Part shown: in pieces, positions 20,710 through 31,309 of the stretch | How the letters are laid out: each line of letters opens with the position of its first letter | Position numbering within the stretch: position 1 is the stretch's first letter | Source: Candidatus Bathyarchaeota archaeon | GTDB taxonomy: Archaea > Thermoproteota > Bathyarchaeia > Bathyarchaeales > Bathycorpusculaceae | Assembly: GCA_963707955.1 (NCBI GenBank) | Contig: OY970176.1 | Span: 1,792,001 to 1,856,000, forward strand | DNA: 64,000 nt | Direction: 5' to 3' | The notes under the pieces: model-generated | Told to the model about the DNA's origin: nothing | The model's input: only the letters and a program-made list of their open reading frames with translations | Database searches by the model: none | Position numbers and translations under genes: made by a program

Positions 20710-22317
20710 ATGTCGGAACGTGTGCATAAAAACAGTGCTTATCTGAACGGTAAATCAACGTGTGGAACGCAAACGCGTGTCAAAGATACAAGCCCGACTA
20801 GCGGAATGTGCCCAATTTGCATTCGAGACTGTCCATTCTTGTGTGAAATAAGCATGTCAGCCTTTAGGGGAAGAGAGGCACTTTATCCAGAACCGGTGCA
20901 GTTTGGTTATAGCACCGCTGGTGCTCTGAAAGACTTCGGTTTGGACTGGTCGCACTTCAACATACAAGCAGGCCTATTCGATGCGCAGGGCATTGAGCAG
21001 AACTCGGACCTGACCGTTTTCCCGAACGTGAACATAGAGACCAAAGTGGGTGGCATACCCTTGAAAGTGCCGATCCTGGCTGGCGCATTCGGTTCAACAG
21101 ACGTTGCAAGACTGAACTGGGAAGGCTTGGCCATAGGAGCTGCGCTCTCTGGTGCATCAGTCATCGTTGGAGAGAACGTTTGTGGTATGGACGCTGAGGC
21201 CCAGATCACCGGTGGAAAAGTCACCCATTCGGAAGAGTTGAAGCGAAGAGTGGATCTGTTCCGAAAGTTCTGGGACAAGAAGTACGGAGAAGTGGTTGTT
21301 CAAACAAACGTGGAAGATCAGAGGCTTGGCGTCGATGTCTACGCTATCTCAAAGCTCGAAGTGAACGTCATCGAGAGAAAGTGGGGACAGGGTGCAAAGG
21401 CAATTGGCGGCGAAGTGCGAGTCAGAGACTTGGAAAAAGCCATATTGTTGAAGAAGAGAGGCTACATCGTGATTCCAGATCCGGAAGACAAGGCTGTTCA
21501 AGAAGCTTTCAAGGATGGAGTATTCAAGTCTTTTGAAAGGCACAGCAGAGTGGGCATTCCAAAGGAGAAAAGCTTTGTCGAGGACATCGAGTGGCTGAGA
21601 AAGCAGGGCGCAAAACACGTAACACTGAAAACAGGGGCCTACAGACCTTCAGCCGTTGCCTACACTATGAAGATAGCATCTGAAGCGAAGATCGATTATG
21701 TTTCATTCGACGGCGCAGGCGGCGGAACAGGCATGAGCCCTGTACCGATGATGGACGAAATGAGCATACCGACAGTCTACCTGGAAGCTTTGGTTCTAAA
21801 ATGTGCACAGATACTGAAGAAGAAGGGCCGCTATGTTCCAGACCTGGTTATGGCAGGAGGCTTCATAGAAGAGACATCTATCTTCAAGGCGATCGCGATG
21901 AGCAACTTCGGAGAAGGCCCGTTCATCAAAGCAGTACTTCTCGGACGCTCACCGATAACCGCAGCTTTCAAAGGAGGCTACTTCAAGCAGCTGGCTGAAG
22001 AAGGGAAGCTGCCAAAGGCATTTGCAGACAAGTTCGGAGCTACACCTGACAAATTCTTCATTGCCGCACCGGATTTGAAGACCAAGTACGGAGCACGCTT
22101 CAAAGAGATACCATGGGAAGCCGTCGGAGTCTACACCTACCTAACTGACAGAATCGGCGTCGGGCTCAAGCAAATGCTGGCTGGAAACAGAAAGTGGAAG
22201 CTGGATCTTATCAGCAGAAACGACCTGATGAGCCTATCTGAAAGAGCTGCAAAAGTTACAGGCATACCGATGCCCGATGAAGTAGAAAAAGATGCAGTCG
22301 AAAAAATCCTCGGCTAG
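20710..22317 (+). CDS. FMN-binding glutamate synthase-family protein
   Basis: N-terminal Cys cluster; KWGQGAK.IGGE, LKTG, DGAGGGTGM and MAGG motifs; upstream of gdhA. Confidence 0.85.
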   Translation: MSERVHKNSAYLNGKSTCGTQTRVKDTSPTSGMCPICIRDCPFLCEISMSAFRGREALYPEPVQFGYSTAGALKDFGLDWSHFNIQAGLFDAQGIEQNSDLTVFPNVNIETKVGGIPLKVPILAGAFGSTDVARLNWEGLAIGAALSGASVIVGENVCGMDAEAQITGGKVTHSEELKRRVDLFRKFWDKKYGEVVVQTNVEDQRLGVDVYAISKLEVNVIERKWGQGAKAIGGEVRVRDLEKAILLKKRGYIVIPDPEDKAVQEAFKDGVFKSFERHSRVGIPKEKSFVEDIEWLRKQGAKHVTLKTGAYRPSAVAYTMKIASEAKIDYVSFDGAGGGTGMSPVPMMDEMSIPTVYLEALVLKCAQILKKKGRYVPDLVMAGGFIEETSIFKAIAMSNFGEGPFIKAVLLGRSPITAAFKGGYFKQLAEEGKLPKAFADKFGATPDKFFIAAPDLKTKYGARFKEIPWEAVGVYTYLTDRIGVGLKQMLAGNRKWKLDLISRNDLMSLSERAAKVTGIPMPDEVEKDAVEKILG

Positions 22318-22327
22318 CACCAACCCT

Positions 22328-22346
22328 ATTTTTCTTTTTTTGTTTC
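22328..22346 (+). terminator. U-rich archaeal terminator-like tract
   Basis: TTTTTCTTTTTTTGTTT about 10 nt after the stop at 22317. Confidence 0.45.
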
Positions 22347-22406
22347 TAAAGCGACGCGCAATATTAATAACGTCAAGCAGACAGAAGATCGTTGGAGTAA
22401 TCGTTT

Positions 22407-23657
22407 ATGGTAGAGACGCAGACAGCGTTAGCAGTAGCATTGGAGCAGTTAAAAATAGCTGCTGAGAAACTCGACCTTGACCCCGGATTGCACTGCATGT
22501 TAGCACGTCCCAAGAGATCCCTTATAGTCTCCATCACGGTGAAAATGGACGATGGCAACGTTAACGTTTTCACGGGTTGCCGAGTGCAGCATTGGGATGC
22601 TAGAGGACCGTTCAAGGGTGGAATAAGGTATCATCCGAATGTCACGTTTGACGAGGTTACTGCCTTAGCGATTTGGATGACGTGGAAATGCGCAGTCGTG
22701 GACATTCCGTACGGCGGCGCCAAGGGTGGAGTGTGCTGCAACCCAAAGAAAATGTCGAAAGGCGAACTGGAGCGACTGACCAGACGATTCACGACGCTTC
22801 TCTTCGATTTCATAGGGCCGTATCGCGATGTGCCCGCACCGGACGTGTACACCGACGCTCAAACCATGGCTTGGATAATGGACACCTACAGCCAGATCAG
22901 GGGTTACAGCGTCCCAGAATGTGTCACGGGGAAACCCATAAGCGTCGGCGGTTCAGAAGGCAGAGCCGAAGCCACCTCGCTCGGCGTGGTAGTATGCGCA
23001 AGAGAAGCAGCGAAGCAGTTAGGCCTGAAGCTTAGAGGATCCACGGTTGCGGTGCAAGGCTTTGGCAATGTCGGCTGGAACGCTGCCAAGATAGCCTATG
23101 ACCTTGGTTCCAAAGTCGTTGCAGTGAGTGATTCAATAGGAGGAATCTACTCTGCAAGGGGTCTGAACCCTTACGATGTGTACAAGCACAAGTCGAAAAC
23201 GGGTTCAGTGATCAACTACAAGGGAAGCCAAAACATAACGAACGAGGATGTCCTTGAAGCAAGATGCGACATACTTATCCCCGCAGCCTTAGAAAACCAG
23301 ATAAAGAAAACGAACGCAGACAAGATCAAAGCGAGAATCGTAGTTGAGGGTGCAAACGGGCCGACAACGCCTGAAGCCGACAGAGCTCTTCACGAGAAGG
23401 GAATCGTTCTCATTCCAGACATCTTGGCAAACTCTGGAGGCGTTGCGACAAGCTATTTTGAGTGGGTTCAGAATCTGACGCGAGAACATTGGACGTTGGA
23501 GGATGTGAACCGGAAACTGGAAGGCAAGATGATCAAGGCCTTCAATGATGTTCACAAGATGGCGAAGGAGGAGGAGAGTGACATGCGAACGGGGGCGTTG
23601 ATGCTGGGAGTGGGAAGAGTAGCGGAGGCGATTAAGACTCTGGGTCTCTGGCCGTAG
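22407..23657 (+). CDS. gdhA: Glutamate dehydrogenase
   Basis: GPFKGGIRYH, MTWKC, GGAKGG, DVPAPD, QGFGNVG, EGANGP and SYFEWVQN motifs. Confidence 0.95.
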   Translation: MVETQTALAVALEQLKIAAEKLDLDPGLHCMLARPKRSLIVSITVKMDDGNVNVFTGCRVQHWDARGPFKGGIRYHPNVTFDEVTALAIWMTWKCAVVDIPYGGAKGGVCCNPKKMSKGELERLTRRFTTLLFDFIGPYRDVPAPDVYTDAQTMAWIMDTYSQIRGYSVPECVTGKPISVGGSEGRAEATSLGVVVCAREAAKQLGLKLRGSTVAVQGFGNVGWNAAKIAYDLGSKVVAVSDSIGGIYSARGLNPYDVYKHKSKTGSVINYKGSQNITNEDVLEARCDILIPAALENQIKKTNADKIKARIVVEGANGPTTPEADRALHEKGIVLIPDILANSGGVATSYFEWVQNLTREHWTLEDVNRKLEGKMIKAFNDVHKMAKEEESDMRTGALMLGVGRVAEAIKTLGLWP

Positions 23658-23817
23658 TGGCGCAGAGACACTTTCAGTCTTCTTTTTTCTCTGAAGAGCG
23701 AGAGATCGGATGCAGTTTCCAACTTTGTTATGCTCTTTAATCTAAACTTTTAAACTGTTCTTCTTATATCTGCTCTAAGTGATTTGCCTTAGAGTCAAGC
23801 GTGAGGAGGGGTAGCAG

Positions 23818-24384
23818 ATGGCGAAGACAGCTTCGATGAGAATGGACAGTTTGGACTTCATATTCCAGAATTCGCCCGTGAGGATCGTGGCCAACCGAAA
23901 TTGTGCAGAAATCAAGCTTGCGGGGTTGAGTGTTGGGCCCTTCGAGGAGGGAAACGAGTACGAGGTCAGTTATTGGGTGGCTTCAGAACTTGCAAAATCT
24001 GGAATTGTTCACTTTCACGCGGAAGACCAGCTTGACACTGGTAAGCTGGGCAAGATTCAGTGGACAGAGCGTGTCCAAACGGCTGGGCAGGTGTCTAAGC
24101 TTCCTGAGGGTTTTTATCCGAAGCTTCGGCGGTGTCTTGCAGAGTTGCGAGAAGGCGCTGCCAACAACCCTGAGAAGATGAAGGAGTATGAAAGAGCTGA
24201 TCAGTTGACGATGGACATCGTTAATTCTAGGTTGAAGAAGGTCGTGTCGATCGCGTCGGCGCCGGCCCAGACTGAGAGCAGGCTGAGAGATTTCACTGCA
24301 GAGGAGAGACTTCTGTACGAGCGGCTTTTCAGTGTTATCAATCATTGGAAGACGAAGATATTGGAGCGCGGGGGAGGGGAGTAG
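23818..24384 (+). CDS. GINS complex subunit (Gins23/Psf2-like)
   Basis: Abuts mcm; GPF..G....V.YWVA..L B-domain, LPEGFY and R.KK...A pattern. Confidence 0.75.
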   Translation: MAKTASMRMDSLDFIFQNSPVRIVANRNCAEIKLAGLSVGPFEEGNEYEVSYWVASELAKSGIVHFHAEDQLDTGKLGKIQWTERVQTAGQVSKLPEGFYPKLRRCLAELREGAANNPEKMKEYERADQLTMDIVNSRLKKVVSIASAPAQTESRLRDFTAEERLLYERLFSVINHWKTKILERGGGE

Positions 24385-26422
24385 ATGGTGGAAGAACTGG
24401 AAGTTGGAGACCCGCAGGAGCGTTTCCAGAATTTCTTGAAGACTGAGCAGTACCGGCAGAGGATCTCCCAGATGGCAATGTCTGGAAAGACGTCTTTGAC
24501 GGTTGATTTTGAAGACCTCCTAGCTTTTGACCAGAAGCTGACTGAAGAGCTTCTGGAAAGACCTGATGAGTACTTGAAGCACGCTAACAACGCGGCCTAT
24601 GCGCAACTGCAGATTGAGGACCCTGAGTATGCAGAGAAGATCGCGGGCTTAGTTGTCCGAATTGTGAAGCTTTTAGAGGCGGCGCCGTTGCGAAAGCTCG
24701 GCTCGGAGCAGATAGGCAAGCTCGTCATGGTTGAGGGCATCGTTGTTCGCTCGTCGCCGGTGCGGCCGATGGTGATGCAGGCCGTGTTCAAGTGTAAGAG
24801 GTGCGGGACGACGAACCCGGTGAACCAAGCAGGCAGCTTCCTTCGGGGACCTTTTGCTTGTAGCAGTCCAGACTGCAGGTCTAAGGGTCCTTTCGAGTTC
24901 GTTCAAGAGGAATCCACCTTCGTAGACTCGCAGGACCTGCGTGTTCAGGAGAGGCCAGAAGACCTTCCGCCGGGGCAGTTGCCCAGAACTTTAGGCATCA
25001 AGCTTGTCGGAGAGGAGATCGTTGATGTCGCGAGGCCGGGTGACGATGTCTCTGCTGTGGGTCAGGTCCGTGCGCAGGCGTCGACGCTTCCGGGGGTTGG
25101 AAAGCTTCGCACGTTCATTCTTCACTTGGAAGCTAACTCGATCGAGGTGTTGGGCAAGGAGCCTGAGACCGCTATGCCGTCGCCTGAGGAGGAGGAGAAG
25201 ATCGTTGCGCTCGCTAAAGATCCTTGGGTGCATCGAAAGATAGTGAGTTCGATTGCTCCGTCGATTTATGGTTACGACCATATCAAGGAGGCGATTATGT
25301 ACCTTCTCTTCGGCGGGGTGCCTAAGACTCTGCCGGACATCACGATACGGGGTGAGATGAACGCCTTGTTGGTTGGGGACCCTGGGACTGCCAAGTCTCA
25401 GCTGTTGATGTACGTTGCGCGGATCGCGCCGCGCGGGTTGTACACTTCTGGCCGTGGCACGACTGCTGCGGGCTTGACTGCTGCGGTGATCAGGGAGAAG
25501 GGCGGCGGGATGAGTCTTGAGGCTGGGGCTTTGGTGTTGGCTGACAAGGGAATCGCCTGCATCGATGAGATGGATAAGATGCGTCCAGAGGACAGGGTGG
25601 CCATTCATGAGGCTATGGAGCAGCACACCGTTTCAGTGGCGAAGGGCGGCATCGTTGCTACGCTTAACGCGAGGGCGGCTATACTTGCAGCGGCGAACCC
25701 TGCGTTGGGTAGGTACGAGCCGCATCGGACGGTTGCTGAGAACATCTCCTTGCCGGTTACGATACTTTCCAGGTTTGACCTGATCTTTGTTCTGAGGGAC
25801 GTTCCGAACAAGGAGTCAGACAGCAAGATGTCGATGCACATCCTTGAGCTTCATAGGAAGGGTGCAAGCCCGGTTGAGCCGCCGATCTCTGCGGAGCTGC
25901 TGCGGAAGTACATCAGTTATTCTAAGAGCGTCAAGCCCGTGTTGACTGACGAGGCTTTGAAGCGTCTGAACGATTTCTATCTGGCTATGCGTGCGGCAAG
26001 CGAGACTGAGGGCTCGCCTGTTGCGATCACCGCGCGTCAGCTTGGAGTCGCTTGTTCGCACGGCGGAGGCAAGAGCCCGTGCAGCATTGAGAAAGGAGGT
26101 TTTGGCTGAGGACGCTGAGGCTGCGGTGGCGATTATGAAGAGGTCACTGGAGGAGGTTGGGATAGACTTGTCTTCGTTCAAGATAGACATTGACATCATA
26201 ATGACAGGAAAGTCCAAGAGCATGAGGGACAGGTTGCAAGTGATCCTGACCACGCTGATGGACATGGAGAAGCAAACGGGGATGGTTGAAAGAGCCGCGT
26301 TGGAAGCTGAGCTTGAGGAGAAGTACAAGGTTTCGAGGGGTGACGCGGAGCGTCTTCTCGGACAGTTGCTGCGGGAGGGCACGATTTACGAGCCCAGGGA
26401 GGGCTACCTGAAGAAGACATAA
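24385..26422 (+). CDS. mcm: Replicative helicase MCM (extra base near 26044 splits the ORF)
   Basis: Zn finger CKRC..CSSPDC, GDPGTAKSQ, IDEMDKM and SRFD motifs; corrected frame ITARQLESLVR continues into a C-terminal winged helix. Confidence 0.93.
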
Positions 26423-26648
26423 ACGTGTGATTTGGCTGACGCTACATCCCTGTATTCGCGTTTTGGCCTCGTCTATTCCACCTTCCCCCTCCCCCCTAGG
26501 GTGCTAGTACTGCACGTAGGCGCTGTGGAGGGCACTAATGGATTTGTATGGGCTTGAGGCTGAGCGCGTGCGAAGGACTTGGCAACGAGTCTGGGCAAGG
26601 GTGGCAACTTTCAATGCGCTTGACGGTCACCGAGGGCTCTACACGTGC

Positions 26649-28040
26649 TTAGACCATTTTCTTGGGGTCAAGCAGTCTGTCTAGGTCTCCTTTGATCTTC
26701 AAGTTTGCGTCGATTATCACTTGTTTTATGGTTTTGCCGGTTTTGGCTGCAGTCTGGGCTATTTCTGAAGCCTTGTCGTAGCCTATTATCGGAACCAGGT
26801 TTGTGACGATCATAAGGTTGCTTTCAAGCTGGGATCCGATGTGTTCCTCGTTTGCTTTCAGTCCGTCCAAGCAGTTTTTCACGAAGGAGTGAATCCCGTT
26901 CGTGAGAAGTTCAATCGCCTCGGTGAGGTTGGTGATCATTAACGGTTTGGTCACGTTCAGGTCGAGTGTGCTGCCGAAGGCTTCGGCAAACGAGATGGTT
27001 GTGTCGTTTCCCACGATTTGCAGGCAAACCTGTATCAGCGCTTCGGCCTGAGTGGGGTTGACTTTGCCGGGCATCATCGACGAGCCGGGTTCGTTTGCGG
27101 GAAGTGTGAGTTCTCCTAGGCCAGCACGTGGGCCGCTTCCCATCCAGCGGATGTCGTTGGCCATCTTTAAGGTTGAAAGGGCTAGGAGGCGCAGTTCGCC
27201 GCTTGCTTTTACGATTGAGTTGTGAGATGCGATTCCTTCAGCCTTGACCGGGTTGAGTCTGAAAGGAATACCCGTGATTTCTTTCAGGTAGGAAACCGTC
27301 AGCTTGCCGAAGTTCTTGTCAGCGTTCACTCCTGTTCCGACTGCCGTTCCCCCGATGGGAACGAGACAAAGCTCGTCACAAGCGTTTTTTATGCGTAGCT
27401 GGCTCTGTTGAACCTGTCTTTCGTAAACCTTAAACTCTGTGGACAGGCGGATAGGCACGGCGTCTTGAAGGTGCGTCCTGCCTACTTTCACGACGCCCCT
27501 GAATTCTCCTATTTTTCGTCGAAGGCTCTTCCTTAAAGTCTCAAGGGCTGGAAGCAGCTTAGAGTTCATGAGCTCTAGGGCACACAGATGCATGGCAGTT
27601 GGTATCACGTCATTCGACGACTGACTCATGTTCACGTGATCGTTCGGATGGACCGGAAACTTGCTTCCCAACGGATGCCCCAGAATCGCATTGGCTCTGT
27701 TCGCCAAGACTTCGTTCATGTTCATGTTTATCTGAGTCCCGGAACCTGTTTGAAAAACGTCAAGCGGAAACTGATCCAACCATTTATCTTCCTCCACGAC
27801 TTCATCAACCGCTTGAATTATCGCGTTCGCTCTACGTTCGTCTATTTCGCCAAGCTGAACATTTGCCTTCACACACGCCTTCTTCACCTTGGCCAAAGAG
27901 ATGATGAAAGACTTCGGGAACCTCCTGCCGCTTATCTGGAAGTTCAGAATCGCTCTCTGAGTGTTTATTCCCCAGTACGCGCCCTTTGGAACCAGCATCT
28001 CCCCGAGCATGTCTCGTTCTTTTCTGGTCTTCATAAGCAT
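26649..28040 (-). CDS. fumC: Class II fumarate hydratase
   Basis: QTGSGT..NMN.NE, QSSND, GRTHLQDA and GSSMMPGKVNP motifs. Confidence 0.9.
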   Translation of the reverse strand: MLMKTRKERDMLGEMLVPKGAYWGINTQRAILNFQISGRRFPKSFIISLAKVKKACVKANVQLGEIDERRANAIIQAVDEVVEEDKWLDQFPLDVFQTGSGTQINMNMNEVLANRANAILGHPLGSKFPVHPNDHVNMSQSSNDVIPTAMHLCALELMNSKLLPALETLRKSLRRKIGEFRGVVKVGRTHLQDAVPIRLSTEFKVYERQVQQSQLRIKNACDELCLVPIGGTAVGTGVNADKNFGKLTVSYLKEITGIPFRLNPVKAEGIASHNSIVKASGELRLLALSTLKMANDIRWMGSGPRAGLGELTLPANEPGSSMMPGKVNPTQAEALIQVCLQIVGNDTTISFAEAFGSTLDLNVTKPLMITNLTEAIELLTNGIHSFVKNCLDGLKANEEHIGSQLESNLMIVTNLVPIIGYDKASEIAQTAAKTGKTIKQVIIDANLKIKGDLDRLLDPKKMV

Positions 28041-28157
28041 CAAGCTCCTCTGTCGAACCTCTCGAATACAAATGTTTCTACGAACCATAGATGTGCGCGA
28101 ACTAGAAAAACGCTCTATATAAGATGCGGGTACGCCATTCTAAAGCTTGTGAAAGTC

Positions 28158-28568
28158 ATGAGGGTATTGTTTGTGTGCTCTGGCAACGCTCACCGCAGTC
28201 CGTTAGCAGAAGCACTGCTGAAGAAGCTGAGACCCGACTTAGAAGTCGACTCAGCCGGAACAAGCACTTCTATTCCAGTCTCAGAAGAGGTAAAAGAATA
28301 CTTGGCAAAAGAAAATGCAGGAAAATATCTTAAGAGAGTTCCCGAAAACTTGACGAGGAAGCGACTCAGAGATTACGATCTGATCGTGGCCATGGAGCAA
28401 CGTCACAGGGACGCTGTTGTAGCATTGTGCGCAGAATGTGAGCAAAGAACAGTTGTGTGGAGTATTGAAGATCCATACCTTTTAGATCACAAAGATGCGG
28501 AGAGGATCTACAAACAGGTTGAAGACAAAGTCAGAGAACTAGCCAAATCATTGCAATCCACACGTTAG
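28158..28568 (+). CDS. Low-molecular-weight protein-tyrosine phosphatase / ArsC-family protein
   Basis: VLFVCSGNAHRS (CX5R), DSAG and W.IEDPY motifs. Confidence 0.85.
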   Translation: MRVLFVCSGNAHRSPLAEALLKKLRPDLEVDSAGTSTSIPVSEEVKEYLAKENAGKYLKRVPENLTRKRLRDYDLIVAMEQRHRDAVVALCAECEQRTVVWSIEDPYLLDHKDAERIYKQVEDKVRELAKSLQSTR

Positions 28569-28638
28569 GCATCGTTATATATCCGTGTTGCCTAGTTTAA
28601 AACCGTTTTTTTGTGACGAAGCGTGGTCTAGATGCCTA

Positions 28639-29064
28639 TCAATGATTCATGTTGCTCTCGTCTAAGAATTTTCTTATCTTGGCCGCAACCCTGTCCAGTT
28701 CGTTCTGTTCAGCGGTTCCACGGGGTCTATGTGAATCCTGTCCCTCATATCTGGGAATGATGTGAACATGAAAGTGAAATACAATTTGATGAGCAGCTTC
28801 TCCGTTGTTTTGGACTAAGCTTATTCCCTCAGCTTTTTCGCTCTTTGAAACGCCGTAGGCCAGCTTCTTCACGATCTTGAAGAGATTTGCAACCTCTTCA
28901 TCTGGAACCTCAAAAATGTTTTCATAATGCTTTCTCGGCACTACGAGCGTGTGACCTTCATTGACCGGTCTCGAATCCAAGAACGCTACGACATCTTTGT
29001 CTTCGTAAACGAAACTCGCATGCTCCAGTTTTCTCGCTATCCTGCAGAATACACAGTTTTCCAA
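28639..29064 (-). CDS. HIT-family nucleotide hydrolase
   Basis: CVFC, GHTLVVP and HFHVHIIPR histidine triad. Confidence 0.92.
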   Translation of the reverse strand: MENCVFCRIARKLEHASFVYEDKDVVAFLDSRPVNEGHTLVVPRKHYENIFEVPDEEVANLFKIVKKLAYGVSKSEKAEGISLVQNNGEAAHQIVFHFHVHIIPRYEGQDSHRPRGTAEQNELDRVAAKIRKFLDESNMNH

Positions 29065-29194
29065 ACACCAGCCGCTCCTTTCTATGTATCAGAACGCAAA
29101 CTGCATTTTAGTTTTACTTGTCTCTTTGCGCTTTCCATCTTCGCGCCTGCTGAGGTAAATCATAAAAGTTGAAAGGCGATCACAGTAATGAGAC

Positions 29195-30670
29195 ATGGAA
29201 GACATTAAGAATCATGGGCTTTACATAAGCGGTGCCTGGGTTGATTCTGTTTCTCACGAAACATTTGTGAGCGATAACCCTGCTAGGCCGAAGCAGGTTC
29301 TTGGAATCTTCCAGAAAGGGTGCAAGGAAGACGTTGACAAGGCTGTGGAGGCTGCTGAAAAAGCCTTTGAAAGATGGAGTGAAACACCGGCGCCGAGAAG
29401 AGGGTCAATTCTTCTAAAGGCCGCTCAGTTGCTGCGAGAGAACAAGGAACGGTTTGCAAGAGAAATGACTATGGAGATGGGAAAGGTCATCGTAGAATCC
29501 AGAGGGGACGTTCAGGAAGCGATAGACATCACAGAGTACATGGCGGGTGAGGGCAGGCGCCTGCTCGGTTTTACCACGCCCTCAGAATTGAGGAAGAAAC
29601 TCTGCTTGACCGTGAGGATGCCCGTTGGCGTTTGTGGGTTGATAACACCCTGGAACTTTCCTATGGCTATCCCAGCGTGGAAGATCATGACTGCGCTGAT
29701 CTGCGGAAACACTGTGGTTTTTAAGCCTTCGTCTGACACGCCGCTCTGTGCAACGCGGCTCGTAGAAATCTTGGAGAAGGCTGGGCTGCCTAGAGGCGTC
29801 TTGAACATGGTCACTGGCTCAGGCGATGATGTGGGAATGAGCCTTGTGAGGCATGAGAAAGTCGAAACGATTTCATTCACGGGGCACAAAGACACCGGCG
29901 CTCTGATTCTGAGAGAAGCAGGTATCAAGAAAGTCGGTCTGGAAATGGGCGGAAAGAACGGCATCATAGTTATGGATGATGCTGACTTGAACCTTGCCTT
30001 GGAGGGAGTGATATGGGGTGGGTACGGCACAACGGGACAGAGGTGCACAGCAGCTTCCAGGGTAATAGTTCATGAGAAGGTCAGAAGCAAGTTTGAGAAG
30101 ATGCTGATAAGCAGAATAGGAAAACTGCGGCTGGGTAATGGACTGAAAGCTGAAACAGACGTTGGTCCATTAGTAAACAGGGCTGCGCAGGAAAAGAGTG
30201 CGAAGTACGTTGAAATCGGAAAAGATGAGGGTGCCAAACTGATGATCGGCGGTAGAATTCCAGAAATGGACGGCTACTTCTTCGAGCCAACGCTGTTCAC
30301 GGACTGCACGATCGAGATGAGAATCGCACAGGAGGAAATATTCGGTCCAGTTGTCTCGCTCATCTCTGTGAAGGACTTTGACGAAGCAATAGACGTGATG
30401 AACTCGGTGGAGTATGGGTTGAGCTCAGCTATTTACACCAGTGACATAAGCAGGGCATGCGAGGCTATCACGAAGATCAGGGCAGGGTTGACATACATCA
30501 ACTCGAGCACGATTGGGTCCGAGGTTCACCTTCCCTTCGGAGGAGTGAAGCACACAGGTTTCGGAACAAGGGAAGGCGGCATTGAAGGGATAGACGAGTT
30601 CTCTGAGACCAAAACGGTCTACGTAGACTACTCTGGAAAACTGCAAAAGGCACAGATTGACATAGAATGA
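29195..30670 (+). CDS. NAD(P)-dependent aldehyde dehydrogenase
   Basis: PWNFP, FKP, FTG, LEMGGKN, GQRCTA, EEIFGPV and PFGG motifs. Confidence 0.93.
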   Translation: MEDIKNHGLYISGAWVDSVSHETFVSDNPARPKQVLGIFQKGCKEDVDKAVEAAEKAFERWSETPAPRRGSILLKAAQLLRENKERFAREMTMEMGKVIVESRGDVQEAIDITEYMAGEGRRLLGFTTPSELRKKLCLTVRMPVGVCGLITPWNFPMAIPAWKIMTALICGNTVVFKPSSDTPLCATRLVEILEKAGLPRGVLNMVTGSGDDVGMSLVRHEKVETISFTGHKDTGALILREAGIKKVGLEMGGKNGIIVMDDADLNLALEGVIWGGYGTTGQRCTAASRVIVHEKVRSKFEKMLISRIGKLRLGNGLKAETDVGPLVNRAAQEKSAKYVEIGKDEGAKLMIGGRIPEMDGYFFEPTLFTDCTIEMRIAQEEIFGPVVSLISVKDFDEAIDVMNSVEYGLSSAIYTSDISRACEAITKIRAGLTYINSSTIGSEVHLPFGGVKHTGFGTREGGIEGIDEFSETKTVYVDYSGKLQKAQIDIE

Positions 30671-30948
30671 CAATCCGTATACAATACTGGCTCATCTAGC
30701 CGCTCAGGTTCTACCGTCTTTGCGTTTTGAATGTCGCGCGTTGGCTTGTCCCTAAATTCGCAAAAAGACGAATTTTCAAAGCTTATACATTTTGCTTATA
30801 CATTTTGCATATACAGTTGACGGGCAATGTTGAAAAAGGTGGCGCTGTTCATGTTGGACGCGGAGCCCTTTGGGCTGTTCAAGTGGGCACGCATAATAAA
30901 TGGACAAGGTAGCGCGCTGATTTGTGAATCTGCCAATCAGGGCTCAAC

Positions 30949-30971
30949 GCGGGTCCGCTGGGATTTGAACC
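30949..30971 (-). other. tRNA 3'-end fragment (T-loop plus 3' acceptor strand), att-like site
   Basis: Reverse complement GGTTCAAATCCCAGCGGACCCGC; no D or anticodon arm upstream. Confidence 0.6.
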
Positions 30972-30972
30972 T

Positions 30973-30988
30973 AAACGGGTTCAAGTCC
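30973..30988 (+). repeat. 16-bp direct repeat, copy 1 (AAACGGGTTCAAGTCC)
   Basis: Identical to 38349-38364. Confidence 0.7.
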
Positions 30989-31096
30989 ATCAGTTAAAGT
31001 GCCACGAATCGTGTTTGAACCCGAGCGCGCGCTCATTATTCGAGATTCATAACATTTTTACATCATCTTCTCCAGCTATCAACAGGGAATTTGAAG

Positions 31097-31264
31097 ATGG
31101 TTAATTGTCCAGAATGTGGGAAACCATTGAAAAGGGGTTCGCGCAAGAAAAGATACTGCTGCGAAAACAGCGCTTGTTCCGTTATATTTGTTCTTCATGC
31201 TGACAATCAATCTATGATGGAGATAAAATACAAGGCCAGCGCGAGCTCTAAGGCTTCCATATGA
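31097..31264 (+). CDS. Small zinc-ribbon protein (55 aa)
   Basis: Manual translation MVNCPECGKPLKRGSRKKRYCCENSACSVIFV...; CPxCG plus CxNxxC knuckles. Confidence 0.6.
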   Translation: MVNCPECGKPLKRGSRKKRYCCENSACSVIFVLHADNQSMMEIKYKASASSKASI

Positions 31265-31309
31265 AGCGACCCGTCTTAAGGTCTCTGTAACCGTCTTGAC
31301 TTTTCGCCT

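Noticed and set aside
26030-26060. Programmed ribosomal frameshift in mcm (and at the other split genes)
   Set aside because: No shared slippery heptamer or stimulatory structure seen; scattered indels of both signs fit sequencing error better
18254-26422. Inteins in RFC or MCM
   Set aside because: Lengths are normal and the Walker motifs are uninterrupted
27588-28157. Long N-terminal extension of the LMW-PTP ORF (326 aa in the track)
   Set aside because: Most of it is antisense to fumC; the recognisable domain starts at ATG 28158
30940-31030. Complete tRNA gene
   Set aside because: Only the T-loop and 3' acceptor strand are present; no matching 5' acceptor, D or anticodon arm on either strand
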